Shown: positions 49,001 to 63,292, counted from the stretch's first letter. The stretch: 64,000 bases of DNA from Anaeramoeba ignava BMAN (GCA_028826165.1 JAPDFW010000126.1:62001-126000), one strand, 5' to 3'. The notes: generated by a model not told the origin, from the sequence alone. Numbers and translations are program-made.

Positions 49001-52000
49001 CCCAAAGAAAATCCAAAGTTTCTAAAATAGGAGAGAAAGTTAAATCAATATGAAGAAATTTAATTTTGTTTTGGAAATTAATTGAATTTTTGTTTAAAAT
49101 TTGATTAATTTCTTGAATAATTTCTGATTTTGTTCCTTTTGAAATTTTGATATATAAATAAATTGCTTTGTTTTCTTGATCTTGATTATATTTTTCATAA
49201 AAATATTTACGAATTTGATGAGTTTTTCCCATTCCTGGAATTTTAGAAGTAAATAATTTAATTCTCTTATAATTTTTGAAATGATTTTTGAAAATTGATT
49301 TTAAATTTTCTTCTGGTATTGATTCAATTTTTTCTGAAATCAAAAAATTAGGGAAATGAGAAACAATATTTGGAATTTGATAATTATCTTTTTGATAAAA
49401 GAAAATGATTAATGGAAAATGAGTTTCAAAAGAAATTTGTTGAATTTTCTGAATTAAAAAATTTGAACAAAGTTGAGATAATTTTTGAACATGTAAAATT
49501 GAAAATAAATGTTTTTCGTGATTAATCTTTGGTTTGTCTTGATTATAAAATTTATAAATATTGAAGAAATTTTCAATATCAGATTGATTTGTATTTTTTG
49601 AATTACAAATCAGAACATTTTCTTTTAATGGTAAATGATTACAATATCCAAAATATAAACTTGTTAATATTTCATAAACTTGAATTTTTTTATCAATTTT
49701 GTAAAAGAAAATTTTTGAATTTTGAACTGATTTTTCATTTTTTTTGAATAAATGATTAAATTTCTTTGTTATTTTTTTTGGAATTTCCTTTTTTTTAAAT
49801 TGTATTAATCTTTGTTGAATTGAATTTTTAAATGAAATTAAATTGCTTAATTGTTCAATAAAATTTTTTAAATTAATTGAAGGATCAAATTCAGGAATAA
49901 TATTAATTCTAAATTCTATTAAATCTTCATGAGTTAAATTTGGATTAAATAAACGAAGAAGAAGAAATAAATTATGGTTATTTTGAAGAGATGTTGAAAA
50001 ACAGAGATTCATAATTTCAAAAAGCTGTTCTTGAGAAAAAAATGAATAAACGAAATGATTTTGTTTGATTAAATCTTTTTCTTTTTTCCAATTTAATAAT
50101 TTTTGAGAAAGTTCTTTTTCGTTTTTGATCAATTCATTTTTAAATTTATCTGATTCATTTATTGAAGAATATTCAATAACTTTTTCATATTTATTATTTG
50201 ATTCAATAATATAAAGTTTCTTTAATTCAACACAAGTTTTGAACATTTTCTTGATTATTGGAAAAATTTTTTGGAATGAATTCAAATATTTTTGTATTGG
50301 ATCATTTTCTGGGAAAAGTTCATTTTGTTTTATATTTTGAGAAATGATTTTAATTTGAAGGAAATTATCAAAATTGAATATTTTATAAGTATTCTCCTTA
50401 TTTTGACAAGAGAATATTAATTCATTTTTTGGTAAATAATTAAATTGAAAGAGCATATTTTTTTTTCCAAAAATTTCAGATAAATTATTTAATATTTTCT
50501 TTTTAAAATTTGAATTATCTTTTGGAAAAAAATTAATTAATTCTTGAGTATCATTTTCACTAAATTGCCAAGGTTTTTGATTTTCTTCAGATTTTTTGAT
50601 AATTTGAATCAAATTTTGGAAAGATTCAAAACTTTCTTGAATTAAAATGTATTCTTTCATTCTTTTTCTTAAATTTTTGATTATATTTTTCATTTTTTTA
50701 AAATGAATAGATTTTTCGATGAACTTATCGAACTTTTTTTCATTTTGAAATTTTTTGGAAAGAGAAATAATATTTGGGATTAAATTTAGAATATTTTGTT
50801 GAGAAAAGAAAATATTAGAAGGAATTTCGTTCAATTCTTTTAATATTCCGTTTAATTTAGATAAATCTTGTAATTTTTGATTTTTTTGCCAAGATTCTTG
50901 GAAAAATTTTGTATAATCTTCATTTTGAAATTTAAAATATGAAAAAAATTGATATTTCCATTTTGGAATTTTTTTGAAGTTTTTGTTATATTCATGGAAA
51001 TTTTGGATTTGATTTGATAACTGTAGAATATTATTCTCTGATTTTTCATTTTGAGATTCTTCTAAAAATATTTTTAATTCATTATTTATCCAATCTATTC
51101 CTTTTTCTAAAGGGAAAAATTTATCAAGTTGACTTAATTTAATTTTTTGATCTGTAATTTTAAATAAAATTTCATTTCTTTTGTTTATCATTTCTTTTAA
51201 TATTTTATGAAAATTATTCATTGATAATTTTTTTTGTTTTGATTTTAATTTTGATTTTAATTTTGGAATCCAAATATAATTAATAAAGATTTCACTTTTT
51301 TCAAATTTCAAAATTTTTTGGAATAAATCAAAATCAATTTCTAATTCCTTAATTGATAATTTGGAGATCTTTGATGTTTTTTGAATTAAAATTTGCTAAA
51401 ACTTTGGGAATTTTTGGATAAGTTTCGAAATGATTCCAAACTATATTTTTGTTTAGTTTTTGATAAAACAGTTTTTCTTTGAAATAATTCTTGATAAAGT
51501 TGTTCAATTTTTTGAAATGAAATTTTTGAATATAAATCCCAAATATTTGAAAAGAAATGTTTTTGTTTAAATGTTTCTTCTAATATTGAAAAATCTATTT
51601 CAATTTTATCTATTTTTTGAATTGAATATTGAATTTCTTTATCATATTTTTGAATTTTTTGGAAAAATTCATTTTCATTTTCATTTTCCTTTTCAATTCC
51701 CTTTTCCTGGAAATTTTTAAATAACTTTAATAATGAAATCCATGAATCTTGATTTTCTTGAGAAATATTTTTTAAAAATAAAATGAAAGTTTGTTTTTCA
51801 TTAGGAAAATTATCTCCAATAAGTGATTCCCAATATAAAATATGTATTCGTAAAGGAATTTCTTTTTCTTTTTCTTTTAAAATTAATTTATATTTTTCTT
51901 GAATAAAATCTTTGATATATTTAGATAAGAATGTTTCAAAACTTGATAAATTATTTAATATTTTTGGATCGTTGATTATATTTAAACATTCAATAGGAGT

Positions 52001-53362
52001 TGCGTTATAAGGAAAATTATTGCTTTGAATATTTTCAATAATTAATAATTCAAGAGAAGAGATATATTCATTTATTTTTATTATTTGGATTTGGTTTTGA
52101 ATTTGATTTGAATTTTCTTTTAGAATTTCGAGTATTTTTTTTGTTCTTCGATAAATTTTATCAAAATTATCAAAATATTCAAGTAAATTTTGAAATTTCA
52201 TTTTTCCAATAATGAAAAAAGCTAATGAAAAATCTTTTATAATCAAATATTCCAGTAAATTATCTTTTTTTTCTTTTAAAAAATCTTTTATAATCTTAAC
52301 AAGAATATCTTCAAATTTTGGGAAAAATATAGGATCAAATAATCTTGATAAAAATAAGAAAATATTCGCTTCAGAATCTAAATATTGTTGAATCAAAATA
52401 TTTATATCTTTTGTAAATTTTTTTGTATCATAATTTTGTGAAATTGTTTTCCAATCTTTTTCTTCAAATAATGTAATAAATAAAGGAAGAAAGAACAGAA
52501 TATTATTTGAATTTGATTCTTTGAAAACGTTAAACAATTTGTAAAAATTTATTTTAACTTTACTAATATCTTGAGTATTACCAGAAACTTCTTCAACTAT
52601 TTGAGATAATTCTTTCATTTTTTGAGGAGATTTCTCTAAAAAATTGAATATATATTGAGTAAAAGGATTGTGAATTTTTGATAATAGTAAATAACAAAAT
52701 ATAGTTTCTTTTGAGAAAGAATCCATAATATTTTCATCTTTTTCAAAAAATTTTTCATAAAGCATTTTCACAATTTCTGTTTTTGTAAAATTTTGACCTT
52801 TTATTTCTCCTTTGCTAACTAATAATTTATTAAATAATGAATCTATTCCTTTATCATAATTGATGATTATTTGTTGTGTATTTAAAGAACTTTGCATTAT
52901 TTCGTTGATAAAAAATGTTTGTAAAAGATCAACAATCATTTCTTGATTTATAGAAATATTCTTTTTTGATTTTTGATGAATAATTCCAAAAAAGAATAAT
53001 ATATTTTGATTTTCTTCTTCTTTGTTTTTTTTCTTGGAATTTTTAATTTCAGTTTGAATTTCTTCTTTATCAACTGTTAAAATAAATTGTCTTTTCAATT
53101 TGTTTTTTGCTAAAGTGATTTCAATTTTGATATTAAAAGAAATTTGAGAATCTTTTTTTGATTGTGAAGTATTTTCTTCTTGTAAATTAATTTGTGTTTG
53201 AAAAGTAGTAAACCAAACATTATTAATTGAATTTGATTTATAAATATCGTAATATTGATTTTTGTATTTTAAAGACATTTTTATAGGTATTTCTTTTTCT
53301 TTTTCTTTTGTATAATAAAGAAAAATTTTTATAAAATATTTTGTGTTGTTTGATAAATTCAT
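40042..53362 (-). CDS. Giant RNF213 (mysterin)-like AAA+/E3 protein, ~4400 aa, highly divergent; one intron and two apparent frameshifts
   Basis: LFTSKIPGMGKT, FLHIDL, KIPVIING, IKEILLNRSING, IYDFGKL, KENVLLIF..RIPLFIIGNSG|TSKS (intron 46921-46855), LLNHFEKH, CPIC, LYWPSM..CKKNH..CGFC, RKMHPITFRIIRLFIHL occur in RNF213 order. Frameshifts near 51390 and 43400. Confidence 0.8.
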
Positions 53363-53467
53363 TTTTGTTATATTTTTTGATAAAATAAATTTGAAAAAAA
53401 AAATGAAAAATGAAAAATGAAAAAAGGAAAAAAAATGAAAAACAAAAACAGGAAAAAAATATATTTC

Positions 53468-55830
53468 TTTTTTAAAATTATAATTTAAAATTTAATTAAA
53501 TGTTTAAATATATATTTTACTTTATTTATTTAATATATATTATTAATCAAAAATTGAAATTAATTTAATATAAAAATATAAATAAATTTAATAACTTTAA
53601 TAAATTAATAAATTAATAAATTATTTTAAAATTATAATTTAAAATATAATTAAATGTTTAAATATATATTTTACTTTATTTATTTAATATATATTATTAA
53701 TTAAAAATTGAAATTAATTTAATATAAAAATATAAATAAATTTAATAACTTTAATAAATTAATTAATAAATAAATTATTTTAAAATTATAATTTAAAATT
53801 TAATTAAATGTTTAAATATATATTTTACTTTATTTATTTAATATATATTATTAATTAAAAATTGAAATTAATTTAATATAAAAATATAAATAAATTTAAT
53901 AACTTTAATAAATTAATTAATAAATAAATTATTTTAAAATTATAATTTAAAATTATAATTAAATGTTTAAATATATATTTTACTTTATTTATTTAATATA
54001 TATTATTAATCAAAAATTGAAATTAATTTAATATAAAAATATAAATAAATTTAATAACTTTAATAAATTAATTAATTAATAAATTATTTTAAAATTATAA
54101 TTTTAAATATAATTAAATGTTTAAATACATATTTTACTTTATTTATTTAATATATATTATTAATCAAAAATTGAAATTAATTTAATATAAAAATATAAAT
54201 AAATTTAATAACTTTAATAAATTAATTAATAAATAAATTATTTTAAAATTATAATTTAAAATTTAATTAAATGTTTAGATATATATTTTACTTTATTTAT
54301 TTAATATATATTATTAATCAAAAATTGAAATTAATTTAATATAAAAATATAAATAAATTTAATAACTTTAATAAATTAATTAATAAATAAATTATTTTAA
54401 AATTATAATTTAAAATATAATTAAATGTTTAAATATATATTTTACTTTTATTTATTTAATATATATTATTAATCAAAAATTGAAATTAATTTAATATAAA
54501 AATATAAATAAATTTAATAACTTTAATAAATTAATTAATTAATAAATTATTTTAAAATTATAATTTATATTATAATTAAATGTTTAAATATATATTTTAC
54601 TTTATTTATTTAATATATATTATTAATCAAAAATTGAAATTAATTTAATATAAAAATATAAATAAATTTAATAACTTTAATAAATTAATTAATAAATAAA
54701 TTATTTTAAAATTATAATTTAAAATATAATTAAATGTTTAGATATATATTTTACTTTATTTATTTAATATATATTATTAATCAAAAATTGAAATTAATTT
54801 AATATAAAAATATTAATAAATTTAATAACTTTAATAAATTAATTAATAAATAAATTATTTTAAAATTATAATTTTAAATATAATTAAATATTTAAATATA
54901 TATATTACTTTTATTTATTTAATATATGTTATTAATCAAAATTGAAATTAATTTAATATAAAAATATAAATAAATTTGATAACTTTAATAAATTAATTAA
55001 TTAATAAATTATTTTAAAATTATAATTTAAAAATTTAATTAAATGTTTAGATATATATTTTTACTTTATTTATTTAATATATATTATTAATCAAAAATTG
55101 AAATTAATTTAATCTAAAAATATTAATAAATTTAATAACTTTAATAAATTAATTAATAAATAAATTATTTTAAAATTATAATTTAAAATATAATTAAATG
55201 TTTAGATATATATTTTACTTTATTTATTTAATATATATTATTAATCAAAAATTGAAATTAATTTAATATAAAAATATAAATAAATTTAATAACTTTAATA
55301 AATTAATTAATTAATAAATTATTTTAAAATTATAATTTTAAATTAAATTAAATGTTTAAATATATATTTTATTTTTATTTATTTAATATATATTATTAAT
55401 CAAAAATTGAAATTAATTTAATCTAAAAATATAAATAAATTTAATAACTTTAATAAATTAATTAATTAATAAATTATTTTAAAATTATAATTTAAAATAT
55501 AATTAAATGTTTAAATATATATTTTACTTTATTTATTTAATATATATTATTAATCAAAAATTGAAATTAATTTAATATAAAAATATAAATAAATTTAATA
55601 ACTTTAATAAATTAATTAATAAATAAATTATTTTAAAATTATAATTTAAAATTAAATTAAATGTTTAAATATATATTTTACTTTATTTATTTAGTATATA
55701 TTATTAATTAAAAATTGAAATTAATTTAATCTAAAAATATTAATAAATTTAATAACTTTAATAAATTAATTAATAAATAAATTATTTTAAAATTATAATT
55801 TAAAATTTAATTAAATGTTTAAATATATAA
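53468..55830. repeat. Tandem satellite, 154-155 bp unit, ~15.3 copies, very low GC
   Basis: Anchor TGTTTA(A/G)ATA recurs at 53501, 53655, 53809, 53964, 54118, 54272, 54426, 54581, 54735, (54889 variant), 55044, 55199, 55353, 55508, 55662 and 55816. Confidence 0.95.
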
Positions 55831-55916
55831 TTAACTTATTCAAAAAAAAAAGCAAAAATATTTTTCCAAATTTTTTTTTTCATTTTTTTTTTTCAAATTT
55901 TAATTTTGTTAACAAA

Positions 55917-58900
55917 ATGAATTTTTTCAGTTTTGATCAACAAAATAATCCAGTTACAAAAATTTTTCCAGAATTTGAAGGGTTTCTAACACCTGAAAAG
56001 GATCAATTCCACACATTGCTTTACAATTTCTATTCAACAAGTGCAGCAAAAGTTGTAATTGATCGAAAAATAAAAGAAATAAAAGAAACCTCAGAAAGAC
56101 AAGAATCAACACTTTGGAGAATGGAGAGCCGTTCACAAACACAATCCAAATATTGTCACGGAAACCATTTAACAGCAAGCGTTACTTACACTGTTGCTAT
56201 TTATGATTCTGATGTTGCGATGAAACTGAACCAAACGTATTCGCAACTGATCCGAAGTTGTCATACTGAGTTGTGTGAGATAACTACCAAAGTGGAGACA
56301 ACAGAAGCGAAGGTTGCGCTTTATTTACAGAGAGTTTTCCAGGGAATTCCTTTTAAAAGCCTTCGAAACGATGAGAATATGAACCTTCAGTTCATCCAAC
56401 AATTGCGTTCTCTTTTGATCAATTTGTTTTTTTTTGAAAGACTTGCGATTGAAACAGGCGAGGTTTATTACGATAAGTTTAACAATTCTCTGCACAAATG
56501 GATCAATACTGTTGCTCTTCGTTTGTATGAAATTGGGTCTAATAATCAAATGCTTTTTGTGTTTTTTCATTTATTAACAACTCCTCATTCAGGAAAATGG
56601 TCCAAAAACTTGATTTATCTTCAAGACAATTTCGATTACGATCAAATGAGTTATCTCAAAACATTATTGAAATTTGTTGTGAATCCCTTGATTAAATCAA
56701 AGACTCTTTCTGATAAGCCTTTCTATCTTCTTGAACCTGATTTTGTTCATCATCTTTCCAATCTTCCTTTTTCCAATTTTTTCGGTTATTTATTCGCAAA
56801 TCCAGGAGAGTTAGGGTTCTCAGTTGCCAGTGAGATTGTTCAGGAGTTTGTGATGATTCTCATTGAAGCGTTAGTGAGATTTGAGAAGTATCTTGATTTC
56901 CGAAAAACAATTGCTGATCTCATGTTCCATTTCTTTTGGCTTTATGATGAGTTTTCGCACCATATCAACACACCCGATGCCGCAAGAGACTACCCCAAGA
57001 TCATTGATGAGCTCACTACGATATCGATTGGAAGAGTCTCTGCTTGTCAAGACAAGTCAATTCTTTTTTATTTCACTGATCTTCCTTTTTATTCTTTATC
57101 TGTTTTTGCTGGATTTCGAATTATGAGTCTTTTCTTCACAGGTTCTGACCAGAATCCCCCACAAAACCCCGAGCAATGGTACCAGCTTATGAATAGTGAT
57201 CCCAGTCTTGTTAGTCGTTTCGGGTCTCTTCTTCAGTCATCTAACGGAGGAGAAAGTATGCTTATCATTCTTGCAAATTTGGCAGTTCTTTTAAATTCGC
57301 CAGATTTTGCTTTGTGTGTTGTTGATTTGATTTTCAGAGTCAGTTGTGTTGTAGATACCACAAAAGACAGAATATTCCCGCATGGAAAAAAACCCTTGCA
57401 ACAATCACCACAGAATATCCCTTTCTGGTTTCAAATATTCTCGCTCTCACTTCCCAATATATTGGTGTTGTCGGTTCTCGCAGTATGGATTTATTTGGTG
57501 CTCTTCCTCTCTCCAAATGGAAACTGAATGACAACGATCTCTCAGTGATTCAAACATATCTCGATATGCCAAACGATTCCGTTCAGTTTGTCTTTGGGTC
57601 TTGGCTTGTGGATAATCTTTTTTGGGGATATTCGCCAGAGATTGATGGCACAGGCGTGCTCAATGATAGTGAGGCGCAGTTCAAAATTATACCGTGTATT
57701 TTGAAAGTGTTTTTACGACAAACCAAGAATAAAAGTCTCATTGATTGGTGTTGGCGTGCTCTTTATCGATTCAATGTTTACAATAAATTTGGCGAACCAA
57801 ATGGAACTTTACTTAAATTTCCCAATGATTCTCGTCTTGATTTGTCCAAGCATATCCCAAAAGGATAAGAAACAATCCCCTGAACCTTTTATCGCATTTC
57901 TCGCCCTGATGTTTTTCGAGATCCGTGACAACTCCACTTGGGATCAATTCTTCCAAAATCTTTTAAAAGCCAAGGAGTATTATTCAATGACGAAAGTTCT
58001 TCATGTCAAAATTCCTCAAATTTTGAAAAATAACAAGGATCCATATTTCAAGAAAGAAGTTGCAACCATTTCAGAATTGGTAAAGCCTTTGCTCAAGATT
58101 GATAAGTTCAATGCTCATGTTGAAGAGAAAAATAAGAGCGTCAATTTCAAAAGATGCAATGCTTTGGCATCAATGATTGAATCATTAATTATGAACAGGA
58201 TGAATGTCAATGTCCCTTTTCATAAACAAGATTTTTCAAATGAAACGAGCACAAGTATCAATGATAATATTGCTAATGTCAATGAGAATATTGCTAATGT
58301 CAACGAGAATATGGATAATACAGTTCAAGGAAATTTGGATCAAAATCAAAATCAAGAAAATTTGAATCAAAATGAAAATCAAAATTTGAATGACAAGGAT
58401 AATCCAGTTCCTCTTGAAAAAATGATTCAATTCTGGTTGCAGTTTTTCGAATCGATCCCGAAATGGAACAAAGACAAGCAAATCATTAAGTATTTTGACA
58501 TCATTTTCCGTTCCGCTTTCATGTGCCGATCACGACCGTTAATCACAAGATTTATAGCAAAAGAATATAGCAAAATTGCGAAAGGCAAAAAAAAAACAGG
58601 AGTTTTTTCAAAAAAAGAAAAACAGGTTACACTAATTGATGTTGGGAAAACATTTGTGCATCGGGGAAGGACAAAAATCATGAACAAATCACCGTGGTAT
58701 TATTTTGAGGTTCTTCTTGTTGAGCTTATTTGGCACGCAGAGAGATTGGATTCATTAGGAATCAAAATCAATAAATCAAAAGATATTCCATTGAAACAAA
58801 TTCTCAAGAAAAATAAAATCAACACAAATTTTGATATCATCAACTGGTGGATTGAGTTTGTCACTGATCTTAAAGAAAACAACCGACTTCTTCCTATTGT

Positions 58901-61900
58901 AATGCAAGTTGTGTGCTCGATTTATTTTCTCTGCACATTCAAAGGAACAACAACATTGGATACTGTGAAAGATTCGGATTGGTTTGGCAAAAATCTTTTA
59001 GAATTGACTGGCAAATCGGTTGATGATATTAAAAAACAAATTGTTGATATTCTTGATTTTGAGCTTGAAGAAGCAACTCAAACAATAAAAGATCCAAAGA
59101 AACACAAGTACAAAGATGGTGCAGTTCGCGATTACAATGCGAATATTGTGCGGATGTATCAATCAATGAAAACTTGGTTTTCGCACAAGAGTCTTCAAAG
59201 ATTGATTCCTGAACCAATTACGCAGAATCACGAAGAATTTCTCAATTTGATTCATTCGAATATTCTGAATCCTTATAAAAGCAAATTCGATCTTAAATCA
59301 CCAACAAACGAAACTCTTCTCAAGCTACACAATTCTCTCTGGTTCCATCTTTTGAGCATGCAGAAAATCATGAACGACATCTACACAAACATGCAACTTA
59401 TCCAGGATCTTCCGAATTACGTGTATTTCCTGATCAATAAAACACTCAAACCTCGACTGCAATTTCCTCCACTTTCTTTGAAAATGGCCTTTTATCAACA
59501 TCTCACTTTCCAAAACTTGAGTCAAATTTCACAATCAAATTTGATGATTCTCAATTCGCCTGTTGTGGACTTTATATCCACTTTTTGTTCTTGACGGGAG
59601 AAATTACAACGAAATTGAGAATGATTTACAAAAAAGATACCCAATTCTTCTTGAATCCTCTTCCAAGTTTGTATCTTTCCGTTCACATCACATTTCTCTC
59701 AATAACGAATATATCTCATCAAGTACTAGTTTATATTCAAATGTCCCAACAACACAAACTGTTCACAAAACCTGTCATTATACAACCACGTCGCGAGATT
59801 CCCACGGACACACACACACTCACCATCACAGTCATCAAGTGGCATTTCATTTCAACATTACGCAAGTGGTTCAAGATTCAAATGTGAATTCAAGAATGAT
59901 CGCAAATCGGGCAACAGCTCAAACATATTTAATCCCATCAAAAAACCCCAATAATTCGCTTGGAAGTAATAATATCTCAACCTACATGGTTTATCTTGAT
60001 TTTGCCGAGCAATGCGCTGATATCGCCAAAAAACAACAGTTCCAACTTCCCGATTATCCGATCGATAATTTATGGAAAGTTTGCATTGAATGGTTTTATC
60101 AGATACTCAATTATGACTCCACTTCCTCAGACGCACAAGAGTTCCCCACAATCCAATTCCTGATCAAAGAATTCACACACATTCTTGGGATGCAATTTAT
60201 CCGCGACAACCACGAACAAATCGATGTGGTTGCACAGATTCTTATTGAGAATCCAAGATACATTCCGAGACTCGCCGCGCTTTTTAATCCCCAATTGATC
60301 CCAGCTCGAACATTGGATTACTACGCGCGCATCATCGAGTCTTATGTCCGAGGCACCGACAACATTTGCGCTCCTGTTTTGATGTCCTTCCAATTCGGAG
60401 AATGGCTCAAATCAAAGCCCAGTTCGGAAGAAATCAAACGAGCGGTTGGAATGTTCTTCCAGTTTTCAAACAAAACAATATCGGCAACATTTCCCAAACT
60501 GGCGAACTTCAATTCACAAGCTCTGTTGACAATGTCGCTCTTTGATTTCCCCACCAATTTCATTCCACTTTTTGAGCAAATTATTGCAATCACTCTTGAA
60601 AAACAAGCAATTCCTTCGTTATGGGATATTTTCGCTAATGCTCCACTTTCCAAATTGGATCCTCAGTTCATACAACAATTAGGCAGTCTTGTTTCCGAGA
60701 GCTTTATGAGCAATCTGACCCAAATCATCACAAGTCAAACTCTTTATGAATATTTTGAACCAGAATTACTTTCATCTTTCATGCGTTTTTTCGAATCGCT
60801 AATTATTTCTCTTTGCCAAAATCAGGCTGTCGCAGAAATCAACACACAATTCCAACCTTGTCTCACTTCACAATTACTTTTTAATCTATATCTTCCCTTC
60901 ATTGGTTTTGTTACCGTAAATTCACAAAATGTGCCGACATTCCGCGAAAACTCTCCTTTTACCAACGAGGCATTCGCATCTTTTTGTCGATCTGTTTCAA
61001 CACTTCAAGCTGCCTATCCATGGACTCTTACAGACTTTATTTCCTTGTTCTTTTCCACTTTATCTCATATTACTATTCCCAACGTAATCGGGAAATATTT
61101 CCAGCATTTATCATCCACAATCAACTGGGAACAAACACAACCAACGCTGGAATCCATGAACCAATTACTCGCTCTCAGCATGTCTCCTCATCACGATCTC
61201 ATCCGTGTTATTATCTCTCGCATTTCCTGGAAACAAGCAGAGCAAATGCTTGTGAATATCCAAAATCCACAATCATTATTTTTCTACCAGCTCTTGTTCC
61301 AGATCATTTTGAACTTGATACAGAGATACCAACGATATTCAGACACAGGATACGCAACATTTTTCCTCAATTTTCTTGATACAGTGACAAAATCACTTTT
61401 CTGGGAAAATCTCAACGCAATGAGTTATCATTCAATTCTCGAATCATTTAGTGTTGATCCAAATTTAGTTCAATACAACCGACAAATTCAACTTGATTTC
61501 AACATTGAATTCGAATCAATGAAATTCCCGACGAATATCACCAATTCTGAGCAGCGCGGATTTGTTCTTCTCACAGCCATCCGCAAAATCGGATTTTTCG
61601 ACAACGATCTCAATTATGATCATATCATCCCGTTTCTTCAATTTGCAACTTACATACTTTCCGTTTCTGCTCCAATTCTCCGTTCTCAACCAATTGAGGA
61701 AAAGGATGATTTTTGGAAATCACTTTTTAGCAAGAAAAAACCACAAGATTCTGGATATAGAATTGTCAAAGTGCCTGATTTTGCTGTTCCCTTTTCGCAC
61801 ACTAATTTCTCTCTTATTTTCGCCGATCTCATCCGTGTTGCTCTTCTCGATGTGACCCAATCCAAGCCCAATCTTGCCTTCGCATTTGATCTTTTCTCAA

Positions 61901-62805
61901 TCCAAAATCCTGAAGCAGTTGTTCTTCTTCTCAAGGCTTGCACAGATTATATGCAAATCAATCCTCGTATTTCACCAAATATTCTTTTTGCTTCATGCGA
62001 AAAAATCCGAAATTTGGATGATTTTGTGGTTCTTTCTGAAAAGGCTCATGATTTCTTCTTTACCTCCAAAGAAAAATACGAAAATCTTCTTGAAAATTTC
62101 ACTTTGATTGATGTTGATGAAAATTCACTTCTTAAATCATCAATTGAAAACTCTTCCTTTTTCACCCTTTTCAGTTTCGTCACAAAAAGAATCAAAGATT
62201 ACAGCAATTCTCTTCCAATTACAGACACATATTCACTTGTTGACAAACTTTTATCTTTACTATCCAGTTCCAATTTGCAATTCAATCAAGAATTCAAGTT
62301 TCTTTTTGTTTTCGATCTTTTTATTCGAGGAATTGATGCTATTTATCAAGAAGGAAATCGTGATTTCAATCAGAAATTCGCCGATAAATTCAAGGCTCTT
62401 TATGTTAAACTTGAGAATTTATCCAAGAAAAAGGGATGGAAAAAGGTTGTTGAAGGAATGGGTAAAAAAGATGAACCTAATCAAAAATATCTCATTTGCT
62501 TTAATCTTTTGAAGATTGCTTATGAACTTGTTTTCCAAACTGCGTTAAAAAACAAAAAGTCAAAAGAATCTGCTCATAAGGATTTCAATACCATTCTTAA
62601 TTCCAAAAAGAGTCTTGATTTAAAAACTCAAATTGAGAAAATTGAATCTATTTATGGTTTTAAATCTCAAGGTGTTTCTCCTCCTCAATTGATTAGTTCC
62701 TTAATAAAAGAGTTTTTTATTCAATTATTTTCTAAAGAGAATAAAAATCTTTGGTCTTTTATTGATGAATCAAGACAATTAGGAGACTGGAAGATTTTGA
62801 AATGA
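55917..62805 (+). CDS. EPG5: Ectopic P granules protein 5 homolog (autophagosome-lysosome tether), apparently intronless, split by ~3-4 frameshifts
   Basis: LFFFER...LHKWINTVALRL...LFVFFHLLTTP..GKW, EPDFVHHLSNLPF, LPFYSLS, LPLSKWKL, HISLNNEY...LYSN...HKTC match EPG5 blocks in order across ORFs 55815-57527, 57344-57868, 57741-59594 and 59563-62805. Confidence 0.8.
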
Positions 62806-62807
62806 TT

Positions 62808-63180
62808 TAAAAATCAATTTCAAATCAATTTCAAATCAATTTTCAAAACATTTCAAATCATTTCAAATCAATTTTCAAATCAATTTTCAAATCAATTTCT
62901 AAATCAATTTTCAAAATCAATTTTCAAATCAATTTCTAAATCAAATTTCAAATCATTTCAAATCATTTCAAATTAAATTTCAAATTAATTTCTAAATCAA
63001 ATTTCAAATCAATTTCTAAATCAATTTTCAAATCAATTTCTAAATCAATTTCTAAATCAATTTCCAAATCAATTTTCAAATCAATTTTCAAATCAATTTT
63101 CAAATCATTTCAAATCAATTTTCAAATCATTTCAAATCAATTTTCAAATCAATATCTAAATCAATTTTCAAATCAATTTT
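62808..63180. repeat. (AAATCAATTTTC/AAATCAATTTCT)n minisatellite downstream of EPG5
   Basis: Direct reading. Confidence 0.85.
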
Positions 63181-63249
63181 CATTCCACTTTTTTTTTCAT
63201 TTTCATTATTTTTTGATTTTAATTTATTCTTTATTTGATAAGAATAAAA

Positions 63250-63292
63250 ATCATTTTTTCATTTTTTCATTTTTTCATTTTTTCATTTTTTA
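63250..63292 (+). promoter_or_regulatory. Tandem TTTTTCATTTT initiator-like elements just upstream of the PSF2 ATG (representative of most genes here)
   Basis: Five TCATTTT copies 12-55 nt before the ATG; the same motif precedes most other start codons in the window. Confidence 0.55.

Noticed and set aside
51380-51420. Programmed ribosomal frameshifting as a general mechanism
   Set aside because: No consistent slippery motif or direction across the sites; homopolymer indel error is simpler.
53468-55830. CRISPR-like array
   Set aside because: Units are near-identical over their whole length with no unique spacers; eukaryotic context with no cas genes.
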